From Fimbriosthenelais zetlandica (taxonomy: Eukaryota): a stretch of DNA of 64,000 nucleotides. Every line of letters begins with the position of its first letter. The first letter of the stretch is position 1. Position numbers and translations under genes: made by a program. The notes beneath the pieces were generated by a model that worked only from the letters and a program-made list of their open reading frames with translations, was not told the origin of the DNA and searched no databases. Shown here in pieces: positions 1 to 14,500 of the stretch. The stretch covers positions 18,414,001-18,478,000 of the forward strand of contig OZ365112.1 in NCBI GenBank assembly GCA_977030845.1. Reading direction: 5' to 3'.

Positions 1-599
1 TGACTGATTTAAGTGGAACACCATGCACCTCCCAAACCAGAGCAAATTCTGGGCCACTCCATTAAGCGAGGAGACCTTTGCCAGCTTATAATGTTCCAAT
101 TTGATTTTAAAATCTCAAATATTCCCTTTGCTCCACTTTTTAGCCTAGAATAACAAGGCGGGCTATTTTGTCTGGGGTAAAACTTGGAACATGCCAGGCT
201 TGCTTGTAGAGTGCAGTGGAGAGAAGCGCAACATCTCATGCGGTGAAATGGGGGAATTTTTAAACAGCAAAATAAATAGTTGATTGCTTCCTGGAAAATA
301 GTCAGCAGAGGGAGGGGTGCATATGGAAGGTATGCCAAGTGGCTGTGTTCAAGAGAGGGTACCCTGTTGACCTTGTAATTGCTTTTATCCAGGAGGGATG
401 GAGGGGAAGGTATAGAGGGGGCTGATGTAGACGGTGGTAAATGTGTCTCCTGTTATCAGAGCGCTTGTCAGAGCTGCTCGCAAGTTGCTCTCTCGTATGT
501 TTCACCTCTGCGAAATGAGAGCTTGCCCTGTGCTTGTCTGTAGAGCGGGATGCAATTAGAGTTATCTCTTGTAGACTGGGAGACAAAGCTGGTGGGGTT

Positions 600-960
600 G
601 GTCGGGGTTTGGTGGTCGGCGGGTCGGCCGCGTCTTATCACCTGGCCCCGGAGGCGGCTCGGGCGGGGCGGGGCGCGGGGATCAGCCAGCTCATTAGGCG
701 CCGGAAATAGCGCCCGCGACGCTGCCGACGCGCGTCCTGACCCTGTCCCCGTCCCAGAATTAACACAGGGATGCAGGCAGGAACAAATCAACCCTCCCAG
801 ACCAAGCTCCAGCCACTCTTTTGATGGGCTTTGAATTTCCGCCCGCTTGCCCTCCGCCCTCCCACCCCGGAAGCGAGGAGGAGTCTTGGCAAGAGTTGAT
901 ATAGAAAGTAGAACTGGCGGACGCGGTGGGCGCGCCATGCTCCTACTATTAATGGGAGTA
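600..960. promoter_or_regulatory. CpG island-like element with GC boxes and a G-quadruplex-capable tract
   Basis: About 34 CpG in 360 nt by manual count. GGGCGGGGCGGGGCGCGGGG at 661-680, GATA motif CTTATCA about 634-640, TCF-type CTTTGAA at 829-835. Confidence 0.5.
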
Positions 961-3900
961 GAGACTTTGGGCACGACGTTGACAGTTTCACTGCCACAGG
1001 AACAGTGCTTCTATAGACAATACTGAGGACTCAGCTGGTTGTACTGGAGCATAACTACCCTCCCAACCTCAGAATGACATGAGTGTTGGGGGTTGACGCG
1101 CTAACCCTGTTGACGGGAAGCTTTAGTGAATTTCATACTGAATTTCAGACAGGGCAGAAATGAGGGGATACTTGTATAAGAACTGGGGTGAATGAAGGGC
1201 GAGTTGAGGGGGCGCAATTAAACTTATGACAGGCAGATTACACATCCAGATTAATTGTATTTTTGTGAAGGATGGTTAAGGCCAGCTCGGGGTTCCCATG
1301 GCCAGATCTGTGATGGATGAAGGTTAAATGCCTGTCTTTCACAGGCTTCATCCAAGTCAAGATCATTCCATGACCTCAGTCACAATCCTCAATGATTTCT
1401 TCAAAATATCAGAATAAAAAAAATATGCATTTGGCAATGACCTTAATATTTTAACCTCTGGATCAATCGCCATGTCTTAACCTGTATATTCCAATGGCAA
1501 TATTTGCTATACGATGCCTTTTCCATACGCGTTGCACCCCCAAGTACCACTGACACACACTGAGAAGGGCCCATACCTTTGGCCAATCCTTTCATGCCTC
1601 ACTGAGCTTGATTGATAAGAAAATTTCATCCAGTCACATCAGCCATTTCATTCGCATCTGGGCATCCTGTAATTTGGAGTGAATATCGGGGTGGGAGCCT
1701 AGGTCAGGCGGGGGGCTGGGCAGGGGAAGGGACATGCTGCATTCCCAGCCAGGTCGCCAGATCAAAGACAAGTCTGAATCAATACGCATTAGAGGCGTCC
1801 CTTCCCACCAGAGGCAGCACCAGTCATCCCCCTCCCCACTCGCTGCCAATATATGCAATACCAGATCAAGATCCAAATATTCCAACTCCCGCCAAGAAAT
1901 ATTTCCAAACTAGACGTAAATGATTCACTTATAAAACAGAACCATCTACATGTACATTAAGTACATATATTAAATGAATTTGGAAATTCAAAGAGGATTA
2001 TTAGATCTAAGAGGGTGGCATTGTTAGCGGGGACCGCGTCACCTGAGCTTTGGGAAGGCGTCAGTCAAGCCTTTCATTACGAGTTCATTTCATTTCACTG
2101 GCTCAAAACAAAACCCTAAGATCCAGGAGTACTTCAAAAAGAAAACCACATAAAATCTCCGCCTCCCCACCCCTCACCGTGAACCTTAAGGTTGGTTATC
2201 TCGTGCCTTTCCACTTGATGAACCAGCGCCCTTCCAACTTCAAACACGCGCCCAGAGCGACTAAATCTGATTTCCTGCTACATTGCATACGGACAGCTTG
2301 CCCCCAGTCGGCGTTAAAGTTCCTACCAAAATACTGGCAGAGAATTGTGGCCACTTTTTATACCATGGCTTCAGCCAAGTTCACCTTTCCAGGGACATGC
2401 TTGCTTTGTCAAAGCCCCGGGTCAACGCCAACTAAATGACATCTAAAGAGACACAAAGGTGCACAAACGGGGCCTCATTGGAGGCAATGTCTTAGCAGGG
2501 CGATGTCAATAGCCCCCATTTCCAGGCTGGTTATGTTGAGGTTGCAGATAGGCAGGAATGGAATTGACAAAGCCAGGGTGGGGAAGATTAGTCGAGCTTT
2601 CAAGGACAATAAGGGGTCATATAACTCTGGTGAGACAAGAGTATTAAGATCCAAACCCAGATCTATACTTTTTTTACAAATATTTTCGGACAACTTTTCG
2701 CCAACCGTTCATACATTATTCAGGACATAATTTAGGGCAGTAGAGACATCCAGTGAATATTTGAGTAATGCCCACGACAAATGGAATCAAATCTCATTGA
2801 CAATAGCACGGCTGACCGTAGTGCTCAAAATGCCCTCAGGCCCTCCTCTCAGGCCCGGCACCTGAGGGCCCTTCACCCACCACTTGATTGAGTACATTTC
2901 ATCATATTAACTCAGCCAGATTAAATAGCCTTTAATGTATTATGTAAGGGTCTGCCACACACTTCCCCTAAGGATCCAAACGTTAGAGATCAAAAGTTGG
3001 ATGTATTGTAGTAGAAATTGTGACGATGACACCTCGGGGGGGCAGAGGAGGATTCAATAGAGTGGTCAGTGAAGTGAAGCCAGCACACTACAAGCAATAC
3101 TAATACCTGTAGGTATAGTCTATCTGGGTTGAGTTCTATATTTACTTGATAATTATAGGGTCTTTATCCTAGGGCTTGACACAAATTGAAAATGCCCCGT
3201 GATTTAGGAATGTTGGGTACAAAATTGATGCGGCGATTGTGAAAAGATACATTAATAGATTCATGAAGAGAAACAAATTAAATCATTAAATACAATTATA
3301 TTAAAATGTACGTACCATTGCATTTGTGAAATATCGCTGTACAAATGGTGTGTGAATTGTCCTGGCGGAGGGGGGATGGCATACATGGGAGGTCGGGGGA
3401 GCCCTGGAAGAAAAATCAAAGAAATCAGTAAAATATCATTAGAATGATCAATCCATGCCTCAAAGGGGATGAGAATGGAGTTTCACAATTATGTCCAGAG
3501 TTAACATGAAAGTTACTTTTTAAAAGTGGATTTTATTTATTTATTTAAATTCCCTTTGAAGAATTACACATCTTAAATAAAGGAAACATATTATATAAAA
3601 ATATCAGTGGGGCTTAATACATTTCTAAAGCGGTACCGAGCTGTTCCATGCGTGAATCAAAAATAAAAGCACCCCATCTCATCACATGAGGATGCGTGCA
3701 GCAACCTAACATGACAAACACCCAACTATTTCAAAAAGAACTTTTTTCCTAATTTACTGAAGTTCCCTTTTAGGCATCTTTGTGTTTTTCCGGCTGTAAT
3801 TTTTCTAAGATGAGATGTGATTTTTCAGGTGTTACTCGGGAGTGCGGATGGGCGGATCCCGAGATCTAAAGGTGTACCCGATGTCACCATGGCAAAAAGC

Positions 3901-6900
3901 CACTGCTTGTTCATGTCTTGCTAAAGGTGGGGGCCAAACTTGACGCCCGGAGACGCGCGAGGTGCCAGATTGAAGGCTCGGTAATAGGGCTTATCAACGC
4001 GCGCCGGAGAAGTCGTCTTCTCCACGCGAGGAAACTTGTACATGTTGGCAAACAAGGCCACAGGAGGCTGGGGTGCTCTGCTTTTTGGTGACTCTTGCAT
4101 GAGGAGACACTTTCATAAGTTCTGGCTGGTGCATGATGATGAATGTTAAACCACTATCATGGCTAGAGGTAAAGTGCAACAAACATGAGCTGTAACTGAA
4201 GAAGCAATTTGTGCACACACCCATTTGTCATGCTATGTAGAGGCGGCTGGATGTCAGGCTCATCTTGTCAATGATACTTTATACCTGCTCTTCTTAGCAT
4301 CCTACCAGCTCCTACTGAGCTGCTCCTCACCCCCAACTTATTTCTCATAATAACCTTTCGCTTATATCCAAGAGCAAGGGTTTTATTTAGGTTTGGAAGA
4401 CCATGCCAACTATATGATACAGAAATACCTCCTGAATGAAAGATTACTTTTATCCCAATGTCCCATTATTGGGAAATCTAACTCTGTTATAAGAGAGTGT
4501 TCACGGGGCTTGAAATACGTCTCAGAAAACTGAGCAAATTTCACACCATGTCCTCGTAATAACAAAGTTTATACCCCATCTTTCCCAGCAGCCTTAAGTG
4601 AGGCACAAAATAATTCCCTAACGCCTAATTATGGGGATAATACTGCTGCTATGCGCCCGACTTAAATATGGCAAAATTGTTATTGTATCCTTTCTCCACT
4701 CTTGAATCATCGCTCAGTCTTTTTGATCTGCTCTCCTGAGTGCACATCCCTATAAACAATAGGTATTGTCTGTGTCACATCGCACCGCTATTAACGCATC
4801 ATTTCTCACTCTTTTCATCACTGAGCCTTCCCTGCCTAATGGTACCATTTTCCTTTCGTTCTCTCAAGGCAAATGCTATAATATGATTTGTTTTCACAGG
4901 AGAGAAACGACTGATGTGGTACGGCCGAGGTAAGGACTGCCTCGGGCATTTATAATGGGCCATAAAATGTCTTGGGTCTCGGCTGTCTGTGGTTATATCA
5001 TCCATGCATACAGACTGAATTATATCAAGTTTTTCCCAATCATATTGCTATTGGCGGTGTTGCATCTTCCTCATGTTATTTAGTTAAGTATGAAACAGTG
5101 GGAGATATAATATTAAGGAAAGTTTGACTCCCTTCATTCATGCTTCAGTTATCGATCATGCATGATTTGCTATCATGGCATGATGAGTGAGAAATCATGA
5201 CACTGAGAATGAGACCAACTGGTGGTCATCACAGAGGTCTTACTCCCACCATGATCATTATCACACACCGGTCATTAGGTTCACCAGCCAGTGTCCAGGC
5301 TTTGTTCATTAGAACATCATCATTATCAGCCCTTGAACCTTGTTACAATATCTAGACCCAATAGACAGGAGAAATGAGTGCATCTATAGTAATTCAATTG
5401 AAAGGAAATAATATCGTCATTTGAAAGAGGATCGATTGATTATTTACTTGAGAATCAAGCTCTTCAAGTCTAGATTAAAAGTCAATTACCACCTCACACA
5501 TTCTCCTCCCATCCCCATCACCTCCACATTAAATGTTTCCACGCCTCACTACCTTTGACTAACGGCTTCCTATTGTTTCCCAATTAGTCATTGTTATTAA
5601 ATTGTAGTTTTAATCTGCCCGCCTCGGGCGCACTTCACACAATATGCTCCTCTTCTCTTCCGACTAATACATGCATGCCTGGAAAAAGTGTATAAAAAAC
5701 AGCCATTTGTAAACGGCTCATATGTTATAACTGGGAGCATTGTTCAGCTGGGAGCAAAAAAACATGACCGTCATGTATTAATGGAATCCCAGTGATCGCG
5801 GCCTTTAATAGTGCCTAGTGTGATGATACTTTTCAACGGCAATGGGACATTAAATGTATGTAGCATGAGCAGGAAACCATGGGGCCAACTGAGGCCGTAT
5901 GTTACAGGTAATGTGGGATATTGGTGGGTCAGCACGCCCCGCTTGTCACCTTGATTAGTTAAGAGCGGGGTATGTTTTATGAGGTGTATCATGTAGCTAT
6001 TGTTCGAGGGGTGCTGGGGGTTTAGACCAGTGCCAATAGAGATAGTGGGAGAGAGTTCATGGCCTGGCCTCCCCTGGGTACTGCACTAGGATCACCCTGT
6101 CCTAGACAAAGGTGGCAAGTGCTCTGGTCATTAGGCGGAGTTGGTGACAAAGGCGACACAAGCAGGCAGAACCCGGTCTCTATTGAGCCCTCTTCTGGCT
6201 TGGCATCAAAAACCACTCTCCCTCTCCTCTATTTCTCCCTTCCCTTCTCCCTCTATACGTTTCTGCTTCACGCTAGACCAGCCATTGTCCGGGGGGACAG
6301 TTCTCTTTGCTAGCATGAGGTCACTTCCCCGTTCATCCAACCCCCAAAATATCAGAGCGTCACTTGGTAGCCTAGGGCGCAGAACGGCCATCGTTTCTAA
6401 ATCATTAAATTATTTACTGTTTGATCTCATTTTTCAAACAGTAAAGTTACTGCAAATTTTATAGCGTTTCGCTGCAGATTTTATCACAATTAGAATAAAA
6501 ATTTACGAATAGCTAACAACGTCCAAAATGATGTTGGAACAGGAAAATGAAATTTCGAGCCGTAATGTTTTTAAGAAAGAGGCATAAATCGTTTCATGAA
6601 ATGTTCATGAACAGAAAGATCAAAGGCTTATATCAAAGACAAATCAAGAGAATCAGTAGAATGACATAACGTCATTAATGATGAGAGGGGTTTTAAGTTC
6701 TCCCGTGGGAAGGAATTGGTCATCAGATACTCTAAGCTGATTTAGAGCGAGTATAACCAACCGACCTGAGGGCCAGGGGCTCTGAGAGCAAATAAAATAA
6801 ACTCACCCCTCCAACCACCCCCAAAATCAATGAACATTCTCTTTACAAAAGGTAGAAGAAACAGCAGGCCTCTTGCTGGAGGTATTCTATTTTCATGCGA

Positions 6901-8450
6901 CCAAATAATGAATTGAATTATTTTAGTAGGAGGATGAAGGGAGAGTAGCTCTCCAATGAGGGAGGCGGGATTAGTGAGCGGATAACGAGCGTCCCGCGGG
7001 AGCTGGCAGGCCCGCGCCGGATAACAATCAAACCTGCCTCTCTAGGGCTGCCCGAGGCCAGGAGAATAGACAGGAAGATGGGATAGAGGAGGAGACAGAT
7101 AGATTACACTCCTCCATGGGGTTCTACACCCGTCCATGCCTCATTTGGGAGGCAGTGAGTTGATTCATGGCGCCCCTGTCAACTGGTATCAGTCACAGAG
7201 GTGAGGGGGGCGTGGGATGCCAGTTGCAGTCAAGCTCAACAGTGGTGCAAGTTTTTTTTCCCCCAACAAATCTATTGCCCATTAATGATGTATTATAAAA
7301 GCCCCATCTCCTCCAGCTCCTCCTCCATGGCGGCTCCCATTGACATGTCAATCACGGCTTCCCCCAGCAGTGACGTGATTAGGCGCGCAATGATAACTAA
7401 TAGAAAACACAATGAGGCTTAAGAAGAAAAGTGCATCGGGAATGGCAAGGATGCGGCGGGGAGTTAAGTGCTTGTTGAATGAAGGGGGTCTGAAAGGCGA
7501 GATAATAAATGAAAGAAAACAATGTCAACCATGGAGTAATCAGAGAGGGCGGCCAGGCATGGATACCTGACTTTCCGTGATCAGCGGACAGTAAAGCCAC
7601 ACTCACAAATCACAGACATAATTAGAGGCTACCCGCCGACCTGTCTTAATTTGTGCTGTTAATTAAGAACCACATACCTGACGGGTCCTTCTCCTCCTCA
7701 TACATGCTGTTAGCCAAATTATTGGCATTCACAAAGTTTTGTGAATGCGTATCGAAGACGTCGTCGAACTCCAGCTTGACTGATTATGTAATCCGATGTA
7801 AGGTAAAAATGTCGTCTGCTAAGACGATGACGTAGCGCACCCAGGGGAGGAGGGAAGTGGAAGCAGATTGTGTCAACAATGTCTTGATGGAACTATTGAT
7901 GTTAATCGTGGTGGAGGAGTAGGGGAGAGTTGTTGAAGTGGATGTTGGAGATAATAAAGTAAGGTAGACGTTGGCGACTATGATGAGGCAGGAAGGTAGC
8001 AGTAGTCGTAGTAGTAAAGTCTCCTGTCAATGGATTGGGCCTCTATGTCAGTGTGTGCTCGCCACTCTCTTAGACTGTTATGTTGTTGAAGAGGCGGGCG
8101 CGTGTTATAGTAAACTTGTAAGGCGACGTGTCTGTGTGTTGTGTGTGTTATGTTCCGCCTGTGCTACCTCACAGAATTCTGGGCAGGCATGCATTGACGG
8201 GGGGCTCAATATAGGCCCGCTCCTTCCTACCTCCCTCCACCTCCACACGCCGAATCAGATGCTAGGCCCTGCTTCACATCTAACAAATAGCAACTTTGAA
8301 AGCGATACCACAATTAAGCTACCTGGAACGCCTAATAGCTTCTGATTGGCTGGCAACTGGCCCTTTGATGTTCGCTTCAAAAACACTGATTAGCCAAATT
8401 TGTGCAACAGGAATTACCGGCAGGTAGTAGGGAGTTGGGGAGAGGGGGAC

Positions 8451-8500
8451 GGAGCAGGAGGAGGAGGAGCAGGAGGAGGGAGAGGAAGAGAAGAAGGAGG
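8451..8500 (+). repeat. GGA/GAA purine-rich low-complexity tract
   Basis: ggagcaggaggaggaggagcaggaggagggagaggaagagaagaaggagg. Confidence 0.7.
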
Positions 8501-11500
8501 TGGCGTGTGCCAGGACCCGACACCCAGGCCAGCCCAGTCCAGCTTTAATACTCAGCAAAACTGGCAACCCAATCACACAGCCTTCGTCTCCGATGCTCAA
8601 AGCTCGACGCCTTTTTGATATGTCGCACTTGGTTTCCAATTACAATTTACCCAGTGCTGTGTGGCCCAAAATGATATTGGGTGGCACAAAGCGGCTTGGC
8701 TAAGGCCGTGGCGTCTGGAGAAAGGGGGGATGGAAAGAGGGAGGTTAGGAGGGGAAGAACTGGATGAGGAACAGAGTTAGCACACCAAGAAGGGTTCTAT
8801 CTTCTTTTTACTCTGTCCTTCTATTCAGCGGTAGTCTACCAACACCTGTTAGTGGAGGAGGGAGCTCCCTATATATAACTCCAGTTGTTCCTGGAGGATG
8901 TACGGTGTGCTAACTGGTATTGAAGGGTGCAGGTAGTACCCCTCCTCCAAGGAGAGAAGAACTCGGGAGCAGAGGGAGATATACCAACCATGGAGGCAGA
9001 GCTACAACACAAAGAGCAACAAAACGTTGGTTAATTCCGTCTTGTGTGTGATGTGTACTGGAGGCCTGTCAATGATGAATCACGACACGCACAAGCTGTA
9101 TCGACAGCCCCCATTGGTTGGCTTGCCCCATTTCATCCACCCCACCCTCTAGTCTTTTTTAACTACCCCCACCCCCACTCTACCAAACCCACCACACCCA
9201 TTCCTTTTTACACGCTTAACCCCGCGCTAATACACTGGGAGAGGCTCATAAATTTGGAGCTGGTCCAAAAAACCTCCATACGTGGATAATAAGTACCAAC
9301 CCGACCAACACCACCCCCGCCCTTTTTCTGGATCACACATGAATTAACCCCCCTCCCCCACTCTACCCCTCTCCACCAAATAATCTACCTTTTAGTAATG
9401 AGGTGATCCCTGACGCAGCTTTAAAGGGAGATATTAGGAGAGGGCGCGTGGGTTCATGGCAGAGAGAGGTGAGTGGGTGTCTTCAGCCCAGTTCTACCCC
9501 TCCACGGCATCAAAGACCAAAGTATTAATAATATTTAATTCCTTGATGACATCTAATCCTCAGTGATACAAAGCTGGGCTGGAAGCATCGATTACAACGG
9601 CTTCACAGAGCTCCCTCCGATTTGAGACTAGCTCAAGACAAATGAAGGCCCGACCAGTTCGCCTAACGATCCGGACTTGTATACTTGATCTTTGATACCC
9701 AATTTCCATAAGGGACTAAAGGGAATAATATATGACCCCCACTTGGAAATTTTCTTATATCAAAGTGCAGAGGTCTTTAATTCGAAATTAGATTTATAGG
9801 TCTGGGCTACTATCGACCAAGTTCAAATACGACGGCCTTTTATCTTTCTTACGCCACTTTGCAACCCCGTGTTGGTGTTTTTTAAATTTCAATTCAAGCC
9901 ATGGCACAGTCGTTGGCTGTATTCATAGACCACATTTTTGCAACAACTATCGCCCGTCCAAACACGACGATCGATTGATAATTGAGATGTAATTACATCC
10001 GTGTTTAAAAAAACAAAACTATACAAAAACTGAATCCAACAAATTACAAATCATTACAGTCCAAAAAGAAAGAGAGTTGATCTCTGAAACAGCCATGATT
10101 TCAACCCGGAAATCGATATAGGACTGAAAAACACTGCAACTTATTGAATGAGTGCCTCACCAGGCAGTCATGGGGATGGATGGGAAAGTAGATCATTCCT
10201 CCAGGTGTCAAGTATCCTCCAGGTGAAAATATACCAACTCAGGCTTTACCTGTATACAACTGATACCGCTAGTAGTAAGCAATATGCTCCTGTACACGAG
10301 CATTCGTCAACAGACACGCCCAAAATAAAATTCCGATGCAGCATCAAGATCAGCATCATGTGCAATTGTATTATATGTACATGAATGGTAAGGGTATATA
10401 GCAAGCAAATGATTGTTGGTTGTGAAGACTGGTCAGAGTGTATATGATCCACATTTGCTTTATACCGCAGAAGAATAGTGCCGCCATCTAAACCAATACA
10501 TAAGGAGAATTTTCAATTATATTTTCAAATAAATATTGACAGGAAATGGCGGCAACTTCACAAGAACAATTCCCTATATATGTATGTTTATGTGGATAAT
10601 AAACGATTTTCCCGTCTTTTATGTAGCGTCACCCTGCATCAGAGGCGTTTTATAAGGAAGAAAACTTTGAGACTGGTAGAAGAGAGACTGCCTGGTGAAG
10701 CGGCGGATTTCACACTGAAGACATGAAAACCACTGGGAAGGTGACAACTGGCATTTAACCTTTGTATGCCACCCATCAAACAAACTGACAGCCACCCCTC
10801 TCAAAGCCCACCCTTAATTCACTCCAACACAGACTTTCAAAACTCCTTTTTAACCTCTTTATTGGAATTGCTTCAAGAAATATCCGATAAAAGAGAAATG
10901 AGTAGAGTTTTCCATGGGAACAACAGGCTGCAAGCCTTTATTCTTCCTCTTGTTTTTCAAACAAGTTTATAAAAAATGTCATAAAGTATAGCTGTAAAGC
11001 TGCAGTTCCCATGGTTGACCGCACCCCATCAGCAATAGCTAATTAACAAACTGCTGTTGGAATTCCAACGAATGATTAAGCCTCTGACACATGACGGGGT
11101 TTGTGGTTGTTACATTATTTAAGGCCACTCAAAGCATTGCCTGTGGACATGCCACATTTTCCACTACTACTTACACCATTCCCGTCATTTGATGTCAGTG
11201 AATGGAATTCAGCTTCATGCCACAGGTGACGATAATGTAGCAGAACTCTTTATATGTTGCTACATTTATAGTAGAAGTTGGACGTATTGTATGCTAGATT
11301 AACACCTGATCGATTGATGGGAGGAAGGATGGACTGGGTATAGGCTGGATCCACGGCGGGACATCCCCGTGCGGCAGGACTGCATCTTATCAAGAGTTAA
11401 GTGGCACCCGCCACCCGCTCCCCATTATTGATGCCTCCCCAAGGATCCAGATCAAGAGAGGATCCGATGGCCGTGCCCCCAGACACTACTTTACCTAACC

Positions 11501-14500
11501 CTCCCTCCATCCTCCACCCCGTCCTCTTCAGCATGCCTGCTCCAGACCCTCAGCTCCCCACGGTGCCCCTACACCCCAATCTGACCACCATGTTTTATTA
11601 AATCAATGCAAAATGGACGCAAAGTCCGAGGTGACGAGAACCTTCCGCGGCCGTCACAGGCCCTGTGCGAATCGTCAATGGGTCCTGTGCGTTACGTCAA
11701 TGATTTATGTGCACGTTGGGCGTTCCAATGTCACAAGTTGGATTCACTTTATACTTCAAGGCCAGGGGCATTACCAGCTCCCGTGTATTGTGCCAAGACG
11801 AGTCAACAATTGCTCTTTGTATAGGCACACTACCACCCGATTAAAAAGCATTGAATTAATGATCAAAAACTCTCATTTACAATGAGCTCTGCTCAGATAA
11901 GGAAGGTGAACGCCACGGATGATTATAATTGACATAAAAAGCACAGCTTCTATAGAATAAAACCCTGCATGGGGCACTTCATAGGGCCATGAAAAAATAG
12001 CACAGAAGTCATGACTCTACCTAGGAGGGGGAAAAAGCTGATCTTTTTCATCCCGGGGTTAAGGAGATACAAAAGGGTAGTGATATCTAGACAAAGAATG
12101 AAAGAGAAGTGTGTTTTATGGTCGTGTTTGGTGATTAAAGGAAAGGGGGCATGCTTATAACTGACTTCCACTATTTCAGTCCGTCCCACATGAAAGCTAT
12201 GGGAGCAGGAGGAAACCTCTGGGACAAGAAAAGATGGCATGAATTCTGCTGGAGTTATTTACAGGCTGACGGGACGCAGGACAGACAGACGTCCTACCCT
12301 CACCATTCATCTGTGGTGGCGGCAGAAAGAGCTGGAGAATAAGAGGCTGTCACAGAGACAATGTCCTCACAAACGCTGGTCCTTTTTGTTTACTACAACA
12401 CCGCTTCCTGAGATATCAGTAATGAATTCCATCGATTCAACAAGGCCTATTAATTAGCTTGGCGGGGCTCGGGTTACGGCACTAGCTTTTCCAGCCGAAT
12501 TTCCTCTGCGGCTATCAAAGCATGTCTGACTGCTAGATGATAGCTTATGTTTCAACGTCGGATCATTCAATACTATTGCTTAATCAAGTGGTCCTTATAC
12601 AAGATGGCACAACACAGAGGCTGTTTTGTCGATACAGCGAAGCTCTGGCCCGCTTTGAACACAACACATTCATTCCGACCGGCCTCTCTGAACTTACTCC
12701 GGGCAAAAGACAAGCGCATCGGAGAAATATTTTCAATGACAGAGAAAGAGAAAGTAATTCCTCATAAATACCAAATCCCGTTTATCGTCACTTGTGACAT
12801 TATCATTGACTAACAGCACACAAAAACGATAATAACATCGCCAGACATCGCCTCGAACTAAAAGCTCATCCAAGTAATTGAAACTTGCGAATAGGGGAAG
12901 ATATCATTCCTCAGCTACTTTTCGATTATTTTATTTTTCGATCATTGAAGCAAGTCAGTCTGCAGTCACTTAGAAGGCAGGTGACATCTACACTTTGAGA
13001 ATCAAGAGCAACACAAAAGGTTGATGGGAGAGTAGTGGAAAATGGATCTGGAGGATGCCTTGCCAATGAGAACAGCGCCAATGCAATGACGGATCACCAA
13101 GAAGTCCTGGCTATATATGTAAAAGGGACGATTAACAGTGGCTGACCACTGACTGAAAGCAATTAAGAACTGACACCAAAGGGCCGTCATCGGGCCTGGT
13201 TGAATTAATGAGTGTGTGAATGAGAACATGCGTTGATCGCGAGCATGGTGGGTGAATGGTGGGGTGTAGCCTTTATGTTATCATTAGCAGGTGTTGATGG
13301 ATTGACATTGTCCGTGTTCAGGTGAGGCCAGGTGAGAAGATCAAAGAATCAAACAGACACGGTTCTGTCCCAACCACACGCAGTGCAGCCAGCAGCCCGG
13401 CTCTCAAAATTCACTCCATCACACAAAGCCAAACAGGTTAATCATAACGCGAATGTCACATCTTCCTGGTCGACCGTGCATTTACGTCGGAGACATTATT
13501 GGATCCAAATGGATCAGATCCTGATGGAAAACGATTTCGCAGGGATTTCCAGATCATGGCCAGCAAACCCGACAAAAAGAGACACCACGACCCCATGTGT
13601 AGTGGGACTGAATATTCCTTGACCATTGTTTGGGGTAATTTTGAATGGAAAACAAGTGGGGCATGAAATGTTCACATGGCACATGCACCCTCCGACTTCA
13701 AACACTGGCTCTGTCAGAAGTCTGAGTTTGTTTCTAGAAGGCCGAGCACACTTTCATGTGCTTGCTTGGACCTCGTTTCTCCCCTCAGAGCTTTTGTCCA
13801 GAAGACACATCTTACGTATCCCTACTGTTATCCGGTGATACTTGAACTATGGGAGGTTGAAATGTTATATGGGAAAAGGGGAAGATTTGGCATGGAAAGG
13901 GGCGCGAGTGGCATGGGAGTTTCAGAGAACATAAGGGAGAAAAAGAGGAAAAAGGAAGGTTCTGTGTGAAACATTAGTCAGGTTTCACTTCCTCTAACAT
14001 GGACAATGCGGGCAGTGGCATAGCATGGTATATCATGAGCTTCACGACAAAATGCATGTCGATTCTTTTGGATAAGGCTAAAGCAAAAACCACCAGCCAC
14101 GTCAGAATTTCATAAAAATCTAAACTTTCACGTAGTTAATGAGTGTAAAACGAAGGGCCAGTGAAGTGGAACAGGCAATTTGAATTGGAAATGGATCAAG
14201 TATCAGAGTTGGCACAAAAAAGGCAGCAGAACGATGTGCTAAGTTGACATTGGCGGGTTGAGAGTTGTCCAAGTAAACTCTGGCCACCACAGCGTGGATG
14301 TTAAAACAGCCCGAGCTAACAAAGACTGCCAGGTTTTTGTCTCCTTAGTTCCGTCCTGTCGGCAAGGCTGGCAGCGCGAATAAACAAACAGCCGCCCGTC
14401 ACCCATCCACTCTACACCCCGCCTTTACAAGCCTTTGTGCCGCAGGCAAAATTCAACTATGGTTCAACTCAGATCAGCTGATGTATGCATCTATAGAGAA

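Noticed and set aside
468-997. Long overlapping ORFs, including MARPPRPP similar to the next TCF exon (IPRPP)
   Set aside because: From the nearest AG the phase gives a different frame, and the downstream residues are not TCF-like. The ORFs are explained by stop-codon scarcity in GC-rich DNA.
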